Source: an uncultured Eubacteriales bacterium (GTDB lineage Bacteria > Bacillota > Clostridia > Peptostreptococcales > Anaerovoracaceae). Taken from it: a stretch of DNA of 64,000 nucleotides. The translations under genes and the position numbers were made by a program. Of the stretch, positions 44,058-53,800 are shown piece by piece; the first letter of the stretch is position 1; every line of letters begins with the position of its first letter. The stretch is taken from assembly GCA_902786815.1 (NCBI GenBank), contig CADADV010000006.1, forward strand, positions 50,344 through 114,343. Reading direction: 5' to 3'. The notes beneath the pieces were generated by a model. It was not told the DNA's origin. It did not search any database and saw only the letters and a program-made list of their open reading frames with translations.

Positions 44058-45190
44058 TTGTCTTCCTCCCATTTGCTAAGAATGATATCTGCTTCTTCTG
44101 TTGTGCCGAGCAATCCGTATACATTGGAGAACATGACCGCTCCAATGTCATATTTGCCTTTAACTCTGTGCTCGAGTTTCTGCTGGACAGCGTGCAGGAT
44201 GCTCTCCAGTACCTGTTCGCGAATCCCTGCTTCCTCAAGGATCTCGATGCAGGCGTCCGTCGTCGCTGCGTCCATCAGTTTCCTGCAAGTTTCTGTATCC
44301 GCGCCGCAAATGGCCGCATGGGCGCAGAAGATTTCGTTTCGTCCGTCCGCGTATTTCGAGTGGGTGTTCATGATGCCCGCCGCCACCTTGGACAGTTTGC
44401 CCACGTGGGCCACCAGCAGGACTTCGCGAACGTCCAGCCCCGACAGAATGTCCAGCGTCTCGCCGAGGAAGTTCGAGAACTTCTGGATCGGCACGTCCAT
44501 CTGGTCCAGCCCGCGTTCCGCGATGAAATCCTCGCCGTAATTGCCCGGCGTGATGATGAGCCGGTCTGACTCCAGCGCTGTCTGCTTCAGTTCTATTTCA
44601 ATGGTATCCACGAGAGCCTGCTCACTCATCGGTTCCACGATTCCCGATGTCCCCAGGATCGAGATGCCGCCCTCGATGCCCAGCTTGGCATTGAATGTCT
44701 TCTCCGCAGCTTTCTCTCCTTCCGGCGCAGTGATCAGCACATCGATCCCGCCTTCATAACGCAGTTCACTGCAGACGGTTTCGACAGCCGCTCTGATCTG
44801 CTCCCGCGGACCGGAATTGATGGCTGCGTTTCCCACCGGCTGGTTCAGCCCCGGCTTCGTGACTCTGCCGATGCCCTTGCCCCCGTCGATGGTGATGCCC
44901 TCTTCCCGGTGGGAGACATGTGCGCGGATTTCCAGTCCGTCCGTCACATCCGAGTCATCGCCTGCGTCCTTGTAAACCGACGCCCAGGCTCCGGTCTCAT
45001 CGGTTCCGAAGACTTCTATTTCCACACGGACCGGGATGCCTTTGCCTGTCATCAGTTCCTCGGCTTCCGGCGCTTTCCCGGACAGCAAAAGCCGCGTTGC
45101 CGCGGCAGCCGCCAGCGCAGCGCAGGTCCCTGTTGTATATCCATATCTGAGTAGCTTTGTTCCGCTTCTGTGATAGTATTCAAACGTCAC
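44054..45190 (-). CDS. cbiD: Cobalt-precorrin-5B C1-methyltransferase
   Basis: LRYGYTTGTCAALAAAAA ... GTSGIVEPMS. The start is GTG at 45190, with AGGAGA 8 nt upstream. Confidence 0.93.
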   Translation of the reverse strand: MTFEYYHRSGTKLLRYGYTTGTCAALAAAAATRLLLSGKAPEAEELMTGKGIPVRVEIEVFGTDETGAWASVYKDAGDDSDVTDGLEIRAHVSHREEGITIDGGKGIGRVTKPGLNQPVGNAAINSGPREQIRAAVETVCSELRYEGGIDVLITAPEGEKAAEKTFNAKLGIEGGISILGTSGIVEPMSEQALVDTIEIELKQTALESDRLIITPGNYGEDFIAERGLDQMDVPIQKFSNFLGETLDILSGLDVREVLLVAHVGKLSKVAAGIMNTHSKYADGRNEIFCAHAAICGADTETCRKLMDAATTDACIEILEEAGIREQVLESILHAVQQKLEHRVKGKYDIGAVMFSNVYGLLGTTEEADIILSKWEEDK

Positions 45191-45227
45191 TGTTAACTTC
45201 TCCTATATGCCCCTGTTACCCCATGAT

Positions 45228-45256
45228 AATCTACCATAATCGGCCCGAACCGTCAA
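45228..45256 (-). promoter_or_regulatory. Candidate second promoter downstream of the riboswitch terminator
   Basis: TTGACG (45256..45251), a 17-nt spacer, then TAGATT (45233..45228). The direct repeat GGTCGGAAA(T)A-GGTCGGAAA lies just upstream of the -35. Confidence 0.3.
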
Positions 45257-45404
45257 TTTACCGGACCTGTTTCCGACCTATTTCCGACCGTGTTCACGCC
45301 CCTAAAAATAAGGAAAAGCAGGAACAGATATCCGGCGTTTGCGGGCCACCAGGATATCTGCGCCTGCGGATGAAAAGGCTTCTCCACGATTCCGGCCGGA
45401 CCGG

Positions 45405-45434
45405 AATAAAAAACGCACTCTCTTCTGAGTGCGT
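45405..45434 (-). terminator. Intrinsic terminator; probable expression platform of riboswitch no. 1
   Basis: ACGCACTC-agaaga-GAGTGCGT followed by TTTTTTATT on the minus strand. Confidence 0.65.
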
Positions 45435-45504
45435 GTACGTTTCGTATAAATCGTTTTTTGCTCTTACACAAAAAACACCGCCGTCCTACCTCAGAAGACT
45501 AACT

Positions 45505-45665
45505 CCTTCAATCTGACAGGTCTACCGACTTAACCTTTATAACCTACTTGGGCGCCTTCCCAGAGCCTTGGCTCCAGTGACTTGCTTTGATGCCAGCCCG
45601 TTCGTCGATATCACGGTTGCTGAGACACAGTGCCGGAATTTCACCGGCTTCCGATAATGTCCAGA
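45505..45665 (-). promoter_or_regulatory. Cobalamin riboswitch no. 1 (long form), leader of the cbiD...btuD operon
   Basis: The minus strand reads GGAAGCCGGTGAAATTCCGGCACTGTGTCTCAGCAACCGTGA ... GTCACTGGAGCCAAGGCTCTGGGAAGGCG ... the B12 box TAAGTCGGTAGACCTGTCAG. Confidence 0.85.
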
Positions 45666-45709
45666 TCTATTCTATTGAATTGTCTTTGGGCTCCTATAAA
45701 CCCATTAAT

Positions 45710-45738
45710 ATTGTACTGACAAAGACGCATTCTGTCAA
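45710..45738 (-). promoter_or_regulatory. Promoter driving riboswitch no. 1
   Basis: TTGACA (45738..45733), a 17-nt spacer, then TACAAT (45715..45710). Confidence 0.6.
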
Positions 45739-45928
45739 TACAAACATCGTATAGAATCAACTGTCGCGAGTCCGTTTTTAGATTTGCAAAGAGCGAATAG
45801 TCATAGTATCAAGATCATTTCAATTCAGCAATTACGATACGTCGCTTATGGTTCTCTATTCATTGACAAACAGTTTGTTTTCATGATACCATGATTTTCC
45901 ATATAATAACAATATTGTAATTAAAAGG

Positions 45929-45969
45929 TTGTCACCCCAGTTGACAAGTGTGTATTTAATGTGTATTAT
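45929..45969 (+). promoter_or_regulatory. hicAB promoter with an overlapping palindrome (possible HicB operator)
   Basis: TTGACA (45941..45946), a 17-nt spacer, then TATTAT (45964..45969). The inverted repeat TTGTCA-ccccagt-TGACAA overlaps the -35. Confidence 0.6.
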
Positions 45970-45987
45970 CAATGAGGAGTATCCGGG

Positions 45988-46158
45988 ATGAGACGCAGAG
46001 ATCTTATCAGAAGGCTCAAGAAAGTCGGCTTTGTATTTGAACGCCACGGCGGCGAGCACGATATCTATCGCAAAGGCAAGTATATAGAATCAATACCCCG
46101 GCATTCTGAAATCAACGAACGATTGGCAAACGCCATACTGAAGAAGTGGAACGCATAA
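45988..46158 (+). CDS. hicA: HicA-family mRNA interferase toxin (56 aa)
   Basis: Below the track's length cutoff. The sequence is MRRRDLIRRLKKVGFVFERHGGEHDIYRKGKYIESIPRHSEINERLANAILKKWNA, which fits the HicA pattern (L.K.GF...R..GSH). GAGGAG lies upstream. Confidence 0.85.
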   Translation: MRRRDLIRRLKKVGFVFERHGGEHDIYRKGKYIESIPRHSEINERLANAILKKWNA

Positions 46159-46173
46159 TAAGGAGGACCGATA

Positions 46174-46581
46174 ATGAAACGAGTATATCCAACGATTCTC
46201 ACTGTAACCGATGACGCGGTTCTCGTAGAAGTGCCTGATCTGGAAATACTGACGGAGGGAACTGACATCAGCAATGCAATCGAAATGGCAAGAGACGCTA
46301 TTGGAATTGCCGGAATCTCCATCCAGGATCATGGTGACGAGATTCCTGAACCATCAGAATGCAAAAGCATCAAAATCAAGAAAGGAACATTTGCCAAGGA
46401 TGGTCCCGGAATACTTACACTCGTCGATGTAGACTTTGATGTTTATCGTAAGAGACTCGACCAGAAGATGGTCCGCCGTAATGTTACCCTGCCTAGCTGG
46501 CTGAACGCCGCGGCAGATAAAGCAAACCTCAACGTCTCACGCGTCCTGCAGGAAGCCCTCAAATCGAAACTCGGATTCTGA
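46174..46581 (+). CDS. hicB: HicB-family antitoxin with a C-terminal RHH/CopG-like tail
   Basis: The HicB fold signature YPTILTVTDDAVLVEVPDLEILTEGTDISNAIEMARDAI is followed by RRNVTLPSWLNAAADKANLNVSRVLQEALK. AAGGAGGA lies 6 nt upstream. Confidence 0.85.
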   Translation: MKRVYPTILTVTDDAVLVEVPDLEILTEGTDISNAIEMARDAIGIAGISIQDHGDEIPEPSECKSIKIKKGTFAKDGPGILTLVDVDFDVYRKRLDQKMVRRNVTLPSWLNAAADKANLNVSRVLQEALKSKLGF

Positions 46582-46594
46582 TTGAATCATTCTC

Positions 46595-47632
46595 TCATCG
46601 ATATATCCCGTACTTGATCTTCACCCGTTCGAGTTTGCGGATAATCAAGTCACCGAAGAGGAAAATGAAGATGGCCGCCGTCGCTGCATGTACCGCATCG
46701 TATGGAGCACCGGTGATGTACAGGAGCCGCAGTGTGTTCAGACTGATAGGGTCTCCGCCCGGCATGATCGAGGCGTTGACCATGGCGCAAACATTCATGA
46801 TCCCGCCATAGACGATAAAGGTCACAAAGAATGTGAACAGAGCCATGGTAAGTCCATCTGCCGGAAGCCGCTTTCGCTGCAAAAGCACCCCTGCCAGAAG
46901 TCCTCCTGCGCCGAAGATGTACAGGCGCCATCCGATAAAGCCGCTGTTCTCACCTGAACCCGGCCAGATGAGCCAGCACACATAGGCCAGTGCGATGGCG
47001 AACAGGATGCAGATCACCGGTCCCATTACAACACGGAAACTTCTGGAATTCACTTTCATCAGAGGTCCCGGCAGTTTCCGGGTGCCGGCGTTGATCTTTT
47101 CTGACGCCAGCTGCCGGTACTTTCGCAGATCCTCCGGATCGACTTTGTTGAACGCCAGTCCGGCGAGAAATCCCAGCAGCCCCCAGCAGAACATCTGCCA
47201 CGGTGTCCATGGTCCCTGCCCAATGTAGAAATTACAGACCAGTCTGGCCAGCGCACCCACCAAAAACCCCGCTTCCGGGCCCAGGGCGATGCCGGAGATG
47301 ATCACCATCGCCGTGCCTGCCTGGATCGGGACCGTCACATGAAAGAACAACTGCAGAACGACCGTCAAAGCTGCCATCATAGCGATCAGAACGATTTCCC
47401 GCGCCTTTGGTTTGCGCGCTTCGAACACCATGAAGAACGGGATCAGGGTGTAGATCACCACCAAGAGGCTGATGATCATATACATATTCTGATCCAGCAC
47501 AACAATGCCGAACACCATGGTCGCAGGAATCAGAACAAAGATCATAAAGGACGCCATCAGTGCACGCTTCCGTCGGAAGACTTCATACTGCGTGGCCTGC
47601 AGCGCGGTCCGGGAAGCACGCGGCGCTGTCAT
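46595..47632 (-). CDS. ECF-transporter S-component-like membrane protein, atypically large (about 345 aa, about 10 TM segments)
   Basis: Last gene of the ECF module. The preferred start is MTAPRA at 47632 (ATGA junction with the ATPase stop). The first roughly 6 TM segments resemble an S component, and 4 extra TM segments follow a basic loop. Confidence 0.65.
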   Translation of the reverse strand: MTAPRASRTALQATQYEVFRRKRALMASFMIFVLIPATMVFGIVVLDQNMYMIISLLVVIYTLIPFFMVFEARKPKAREIVLIAMMAALTVVLQLFFHVTVPIQAGTAMVIISGIALGPEAGFLVGALARLVCNFYIGQGPWTPWQMFCWGLLGFLAGLAFNKVDPEDLRKYRQLASEKINAGTRKLPGPLMKVNSRSFRVVMGPVICILFAIALAYVCWLIWPGSGENSGFIGWRLYIFGAGGLLAGVLLQRKRLPADGLTMALFTFFVTFIVYGGIMNVCAMVNASIMPGGDPISLNTLRLLYITGAPYDAVHAATAAIFIFLFGDLIIRKLERVKIKYGIYR

Positions 47633-49341
47633 CGGATCCTGCGGATGCATGCCGCCACCTCCTCCCAAGTGATCGCGCCGGGGAAGTATTCCCGCGCGAT
47701 CCGGTTGGCTGTCGTCGTATAGAAGTTGTTGCCCGTGAAGAAGCTCTCCGCTTCGCCTTCCGAAATAATGCCACCGTCAAAGAACATGGCGCAGCGGTCT
47801 GCGTACGCAGCGCAGAATTCAATGTCGTGGGAGACCATCAGGATGGTGATTCCCTGTGCGGCGAGATCTTTCAGGATCTCTGCCAGCGTGATCTTAAAGA
47901 AAGGATCCAACCCCTTGGTCGGCTCATCCAGAAGCAAAATCTCCGGTTCCAGCAGAAGCACTTTGCCAAGCGCCAGCCGCTGCTGCTCTCCGCCGGACAG
48001 ATCGTATGGATGGACCTGGCGGAGATGTTCGATCTGCAGCAGCTGCAGCATGGACTCTACTGCGGCTACTTTTTCCTCATCTGTTTTCTCTGCGTAGTGC
48101 AGTGCCTCCAGCAGATCGTCCTCCACCGTGATCTCTGAGAACAGAGCCTGCGGATTCTGTGGCAGCATCGCCGCCCTGCCGCTGATCTGCACCGATCCCC
48201 GCCGCGGCTTCAGGATTCCCTGCAAAACCTTCAGGAGGGTGCTTTTGCCGACGCCGTTTCCACCCAGCAGAGAGTACAATGTGCCGCGCTCCACCTGCAG
48301 GTTCAGATCCCGCAGCACATCCGGCGCGTCCTTTCTGTAACGGAACCACAGGTCCTTTGTCCGGATCGCGAGATCCGTGTCCGCTCTGCGCGGTGCAGGC
48401 GGGCGCGTTTCTGTTTTCTCTTCCCGCACTTCACGCAGGATCTGCCCGGCAGTCTGCACGTCAAGTTCTGCGGTCGCGGCTTCTTCCTTCAGCCAGAGTC
48501 TGCCCTCACGGACCGTCAGCGGACCAGCCTCGCCGGCATATGTCTCCGCTGTTTCCGGATGCTCCTCCCTGTCCGTCATGACAGTATGATAAATCTTCGT
48601 CACGGCGGGCAGTCCGTAAAACATCGGGTGCTGCAGCTGCGCGAGCTTCGCGCCGATGCTCCGCGGAGCATCACAGGAGAGCACGCCTCCATGATCCATG
48701 ACCACAACACGGTCTGCCATGGTAAACGCCTCTTCCAGGCGGTGCTCCGAAAGGATGACGGTTACACCCAGATCACGGTTGATCCTGCGCACCGTCTGCA
48801 GAAATTCCGACGCCGCGATTGGGTCCAGTTGTGAGGTGGGCTCGTCCAGCACCAAGAGCCTTGGCTGCATCACCATGACGGATGCCAGATTCAGAAGCTG
48901 CTTCTGTCCTCCGGACAATTCGCTCACATCCTTTCGGAACCAGCTCTGGATATCAAAATAACTGGCCATTTCCGCCACGCGGCGGCGGATGGTCGCATTA
49001 TCCAGGCCCAGACTCTCCAGCCCGAAGGCCAGTTCGTGCCAAACCTTATCCGTCACGATCTGGTTGTCCGGATTTTGCTGTACGAATCCGATCTCCGATG
49101 CGCTCCTGCGGTCATCCAACGACTCCACCGGTTCCCCGCAATAGAGAACCTCACCTGTCAGTTCCCCGTATGGAATGAGGTTCTTCTTCATCTGGCGCAG
49201 CAAGGTGGTTTTGCCGCAGCCGGACTTGCCGCATACCACGAGGAATTCGGATTCAGACACCGAAAAACTGACCTCCGACAAGGCCGGACGGTCCGCCAGC
49301 GGATAGGTGAAGCTTACATTGTCAAATCGGATCATTTCCAT
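47629..49341 (-). CDS. ECF transporter duplicated ATPase (EcfA1-EcfA2 fusion type)
   Basis: Two complete ABC cassettes: GKSGCGKTT/LSGGQKQ/LVLDEPTSQLD and GGNGVGKST/LSGGEQQR/LLLDEPTKGLD. Confidence 0.9.
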   Translation of the reverse strand: MEMIRFDNVSFTYPLADRPALSEVSFSVSESEFLVVCGKSGCGKTTLLRQMKKNLIPYGELTGEVLYCGEPVESLDDRRSASEIGFVQQNPDNQIVTDKVWHELAFGLESLGLDNATIRRRVAEMASYFDIQSWFRKDVSELSGGQKQLLNLASVMVMQPRLLVLDEPTSQLDPIAASEFLQTVRRINRDLGVTVILSEHRLEEAFTMADRVVVMDHGGVLSCDAPRSIGAKLAQLQHPMFYGLPAVTKIYHTVMTDREEHPETAETYAGEAGPLTVREGRLWLKEEAATAELDVQTAGQILREVREEKTETRPPAPRRADTDLAIRTKDLWFRYRKDAPDVLRDLNLQVERGTLYSLLGGNGVGKSTLLKVLQGILKPRRGSVQISGRAAMLPQNPQALFSEITVEDDLLEALHYAEKTDEEKVAAVESMLQLLQIEHLRQVHPYDLSGGEQQRLALGKVLLLEPEILLLDEPTKGLDPFFKITLAEILKDLAAQGITILMVSHDIEFCAAYADRCAMFFDGGIISEGEAESFFTGNNFYTTTANRIAREYFPGAITWEEVAACIRRIR

Positions 49342-49372
49342 CTATCTATGCTCTCCTACGATCTATGCTCTC

Positions 49373-50293
49373 CTACTGTTCTCCATTCTCCAGTCGCTCC
49401 CACCGGAGCTCCCCGGCGATGTCCATGATCAGCGGTGTTGCCGCCATCAGGATAAATGCGATCAACGTTACGGCTGTCATCATGTCGAAAGGATGCAGTT
49501 TGTAGACGGGATAGAACCAGGCTTCTGTCTTATGCAGGGCGCATCCGGCGATGCACAGCGCGCCCAGCACGCAAAGCCAGACCATCATCGCGGTATCCCG
49601 GCGCGAAAAACGGTACAGATTGAAGCTGGTACGTCCCCGCAGTCCGTATCCCCGCGCCTCCATGGAATCCGCGCTTTCGATGGAGGACTCCAAAGACCAG
49701 GAAATCAGGATCGACGCGTTCTTGCCGGCCTGCCGCAAGCGCATTTTAAGCGGCGGCTTCGTATCTTCTACTTTGCCCCGTCCCAGACACCGCTGTCCCA
49801 TGCTGATCTCGCCGTACCGGGCGCGCAGCAGCGGAATGTAGCGAAAGATCATGGACAGGGTCAGGCCCAGCACCGGCGCAGCCCGGCCGAAGAGAAAAAT
49901 CAGTTTCTCGGCGGTCATGACGCAGTTGAAGCTGGTGAACCAGATGAGGACGGAACTGAGCATGACGGCTGCCGAAATCCCGTAAATCAGAGCTTCCGCC
50001 GTGATCCGGTTGCCGTGGATAAAGCACAGAACCGTATCGCCGTCGTGGACGAACAGCACGTTGATCAGCGCCATCACCACTACGATCCAGAAGACGAACA
50101 CCAGATTCAGACGGAGAGCCGCCCTGCCTTTGAGCAAAAGAGAGTAAAACCACGACAGGATAAACGTGGCCGCAAGAAACCAGGGCGACATACTGAACAT
50201 GGTGATTCCGATCACCAGCGCGTAGTACACCAGATTGACCCATGGATGGTATTCCGCAAATTCCGTGCGCTCTCCGATTCCTTCCCTGAACAT
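49373..50293 (-). CDS. ECF transporter T component (CbiQ/EcfT family)
   Basis: A polytopic protein with the conserved ARG motifs (MEARGY, and a preceding SLESSIESA helix). The preferred start is MFREG at 50293 (TAATG junction). Confidence 0.85.
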   Translation of the reverse strand: MFREGIGERTEFAEYHPWVNLVYYALVIGITMFSMSPWFLAATFILSWFYSLLLKGRAALRLNLVFVFWIVVVMALINVLFVHDGDTVLCFIHGNRITAEALIYGISAAVMLSSVLIWFTSFNCVMTAEKLIFLFGRAAPVLGLTLSMIFRYIPLLRARYGEISMGQRCLGRGKVEDTKPPLKMRLRQAGKNASILISWSLESSIESADSMEARGYGLRGRTSFNLYRFSRRDTAMMVWLCVLGALCIAGCALHKTEAWFYPVYKLHPFDMMTAVTLIAFILMAATPLIMDIAGELRWERLENGEQ

Positions 50294-50832
50294 TATTTGC
50301 CGCTTCCCCCGCCGGCTTCGCTCTTTGTGTAATCCACTACGTAGACCCAACGGATCTGATCGCCGTCCTTCAGTTCGTATTTCGAACATCCGACATCGGG
50401 CATTTCATCATTCACATAATAGGTCCAGCCGCTCCGTTTGCCTGCGTCCATTTCATACAGATGCCCGATGCCTTCCACATACCTGGATCGGTATACGGAA
50501 TCCTCGCTGCTCTCCATCTGGATGTCCCGGTCACGGCATGTGTTGTACAGGCAGTCGTAGACCGTCTCCCCCTCCGCGAACTTGTACGGAGTCGGCGCGA
50601 GGATCACGCCGTCCGATGGAATGTAATCCCGGATGGATTCCTTCTGCAGCTGGTCCATCTGCTGCGACAGGTCGCTGCAGTCCACCGAAATGGTCACCGT
50701 CCCGGCACTGCCGCCGCCCTGTTTCACGACAAGGCCCGCGAACCCAAGCGCCGCCAGCACCACAAGCACCACGATGATGATAATCGACCGCGCTCTCTTT
50801 TTCTTTGTTTTTTTCAGAAGCTGCTGGCTCAT
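50293..50832 (-). CDS. Membrane-anchored DUF4430 (transcobalamin-like C-terminal domain) protein
   Basis: The preferred start is MSQQLLKKTKKKRARSIIIIVVLVVLAALGFAG, an N-terminal anchor. The C-terminus SGWTYYVNDEMPDVGCSKYELKDGDQIRWVYV is the DUF4430 hallmark (GW.Y.VN...Y.L.DGD.I). Confidence 0.8.
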   Translation of the reverse strand: MSQQLLKKTKKKRARSIIIIVVLVVLAALGFAGLVVKQGGGSAGTVTISVDCSDLSQQMDQLQKESIRDYIPSDGVILAPTPYKFAEGETVYDCLYNTCRDRDIQMESSEDSVYRSRYVEGIGHLYEMDAGKRSGWTYYVNDEMPDVGCSKYELKDGDQIRWVYVVDYTKSEAGGGSGK

Positions 50833-53800
50833 TTTGTCTTTACCTTCCTGACGACAGGCTCTCCCCAATAGGTCTTTCCGCTGACCACTTTATAAGGCGT
50901 GACCTGAACATAATACAGTTTTTTCTTCTTCAGTTTCTTGATAGTATAGGTTATCTTTTTTGTCTTCACCGTCTTCGATGACGACAGATTCTTCTTCAGG
51001 CTGTACTTGATCCGGTATCCGGTCGCCGCCTTGATCTTCTTGACCGAAACAGCGATGGACTTTTTCTTTCCTTTCAGTTTCGGTGCTGTCTTCGAGATTA
51101 TGCAGAAGGAGGATGCGCTGTATGTCCCTTGTCCGCCTGCATTGACGGCGCAGACCTTCACCTCATAGCTGCCGTTTGCCGCAAGACCCGTGATCTTACG
51201 GGATGTGCTCTTGGACGTCAGATACTTCCAGGCGCCGCCCGCCTTTCGGTAAGCGATGCGGTAGGAACTTGCCCTGGCTGCTTTCTTGTATTTGACTGTG
51301 ATCGTCCTGGCAGACGCACTGACGGACGCAGTCTGGCCGGTGACCTTCGCCGGTTTCGCAGGTTTCGGCGGCTCCGGCTGCGGCTGCGGCATAGCGCAGA
51401 CCTTCACCGGCAGCAGGAGTTCCATGCTCCTGCCCCGGGCGTCGATGCCATCCGGCAGGACCGCCTCGCCGCAGATCACAAACTGCTGCTCTTTCTGATC
51501 GACCGGATCATACGCATAGCCGCCTTCCGTTTCCCAGACGATTTCCGTCGTTATCTCAGCTTCGCCGGTTTCCTCTGCGTACGCCTCGTTCATTTTCAGA
51601 TGTGCCTGCACGGACGACAGCATCTCCGTGACCGCATCGTATCCGGTTCCGTTCGGCAGCTCGCTGAAAGCGGCCTGGTCCTCCGGCGCGATATAGACGC
51701 TGTCCGGATCCAGACTGACGCCCGGTGAGGATGGTTCTTCTCCTGTCAGATCCACCGTGTAGATGAAGTCCTCCGGGAAGCTCTTTGCGTAGCCTTTTCC
51801 GCAGGCGATGGCGCGGATCTTCACGGTGACCACCTGGCCCTCTTCACCGATGGAGAGCGGCTGCTCATACAAGGTGCCGCCTGTGGAAGACGGTGCCGGA
51901 AGATCCTCGTCCTCCGTTCCGGTCACGTAGCGGACCTGCGCACCGCTGCCCAGCGCCTGCAGGGCGACCCGGATCGGTTCTGTGTAAGTTCCCGGAGCCA
52001 GACTTGCCACCGGCGGGCGCAGCGTCGGATCGGCTACCTCTACGTGCACCCGCGCGCGGCGGTTCTCCTGGGGATAGGTCACCCAGATCTCTGCCTCGCC
52101 CCGCGTAGCAGCGGTTATGACGCCATAGGAGTCGACTGCCGCAACCTGCGGATCCGAACTTTCGAAGGAGCAGTTCTCCGTCACGTCCACGCCCCCGAAG
52201 GATGCCGATACGGCAGCAGTCCTGCCCTGACCGCTGGTGTACAGCGTAACCGAAGACGGTGACAGGCGGAGCGGCGTATCACCTGTTTCGATGTATTTCT
52301 CACTGCGCTGCAGTGTGACATGATAGGTTCTGGTGACTTTGCCGCTTGGCGATGTCACTTCAACATCCACCTCGGCAGTAGTTCCTCCCTTGACCCAGTA
52401 CACAGGATAATACGAGCTATTGGACGCCCTTTTGATCGTTCCGTCCTCGTTCAGACGGCTCTGTGTATTTCCAACATTATCTACAGGAATGACACGTATG
52501 GCAGCTTCCGGATCCGCCGTCTCCAGCCAGAGCCTGAGGAAGGCTTTCCCCGCATCGACCTCGCAGATCCTGCCAACATAGTCTTCGATTCCGGGATCAA
52601 ATGTCGGATCATATCCGATGCCTTTGTTGGCGGAGACCCAGTCACCGCTGTCCGCAATCTGCGCCGGAGCCGTATTGGATGCGCTGATGTACAGTCCTGC
52701 CAGATTCGCGTTGTTGGACAGGGTCGTCGTATTCAGCGTATAAGTCCTGGTATAGGTTTTCTCACCAACGATCCTGGATACGGTGATCGGTATGGCCGCT
52801 GCGTCCTCTCCTACGGAAACGGAGATCTTCGATCCGGTGTACTCCTCACCGTCCACGCGGGCCGTCATGCCATCGGGCACCTGCAGCCGCACATCTACTG
52901 CAGCGGCATCGTTCGGCGCCTGCAGACTGTAGTTCAGGATCCCCGGTTCAAACGGATAATCCCATACCAGTTCCTGCTGCCCGTACTTCACGCTGATGTC
53001 ATTCAGATAGGCTTTATTAAGAGCGACCGCCATCAGGTGACCGCTGTCGTTTTTGTAGTAGAAGGTTCCTTCCCGGTCGCAGCAGAGCGGGCTGATGCAG
53101 TACTGCTGCATGGATAATTCCGGGCGGAACAGGAGCTGCGGAGACGCATGACTTTCTGCGGTCGCCTCCGGGCTGTCCTCCAGACAGTAGATCCCGCCGG
53201 GAAATGCGTTGAATGTAAAGTACAGACGGACCTTGCCATCCGTTTTCTCTGTCGCCGTCGAAAGCAGCGGCGATGCCTGCGGATAACCGGAGATCGGGAC
53301 CGTATAGATCAGCGAACGGTCGGAAAGTGTGTCGTCATCCCGGATCACCGCGAACATGTGGCCGCCGTCCGCACTGAACTGGCCGCCGGCGCCCGCCGCG
53401 CCGACGTAGATCCTGCCCTTATATACGACCGGCGTGGAGGTCATCATCGCGTCCACCTTGTCTGTGGTGCTTTTGCCTCTTACCTGTAATTGGATATAGG
53501 ATGTATTGCGGAACTTTCCGTCCGTTCCGAAGTCCGCCTTATACAGCCGTCCGCCTTTGGATACGAAATAGATGTGTCCGTTGTCGTACACTACCGTGCT
53601 GCGGATGTCTCCCTTGACGCCCGTGATCCGGTCCACGACCTCACCGGTCCGGCGGTCGAAGCTGTAGACAATGGCAGTCTCTGTATATCCCCCGGCTTCC
53701 GAGAAGAGGTTGTCGGTACCGTCATCGGATCCGACAACGACGTAGTTCTCATCAACGTAACTTCCGGCCCAGTAGAAACCGTGCGGCGTTTCGCCGTGCT

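Noticed and set aside
45253-45471. 72-aa minus-strand ORF between riboswitch no. 1 and cbiD
   Set aside because: It spans the riboswitch terminator and the spacer. It has no RBS and an implausible sequence. The region is better explained as an untranslated leader.
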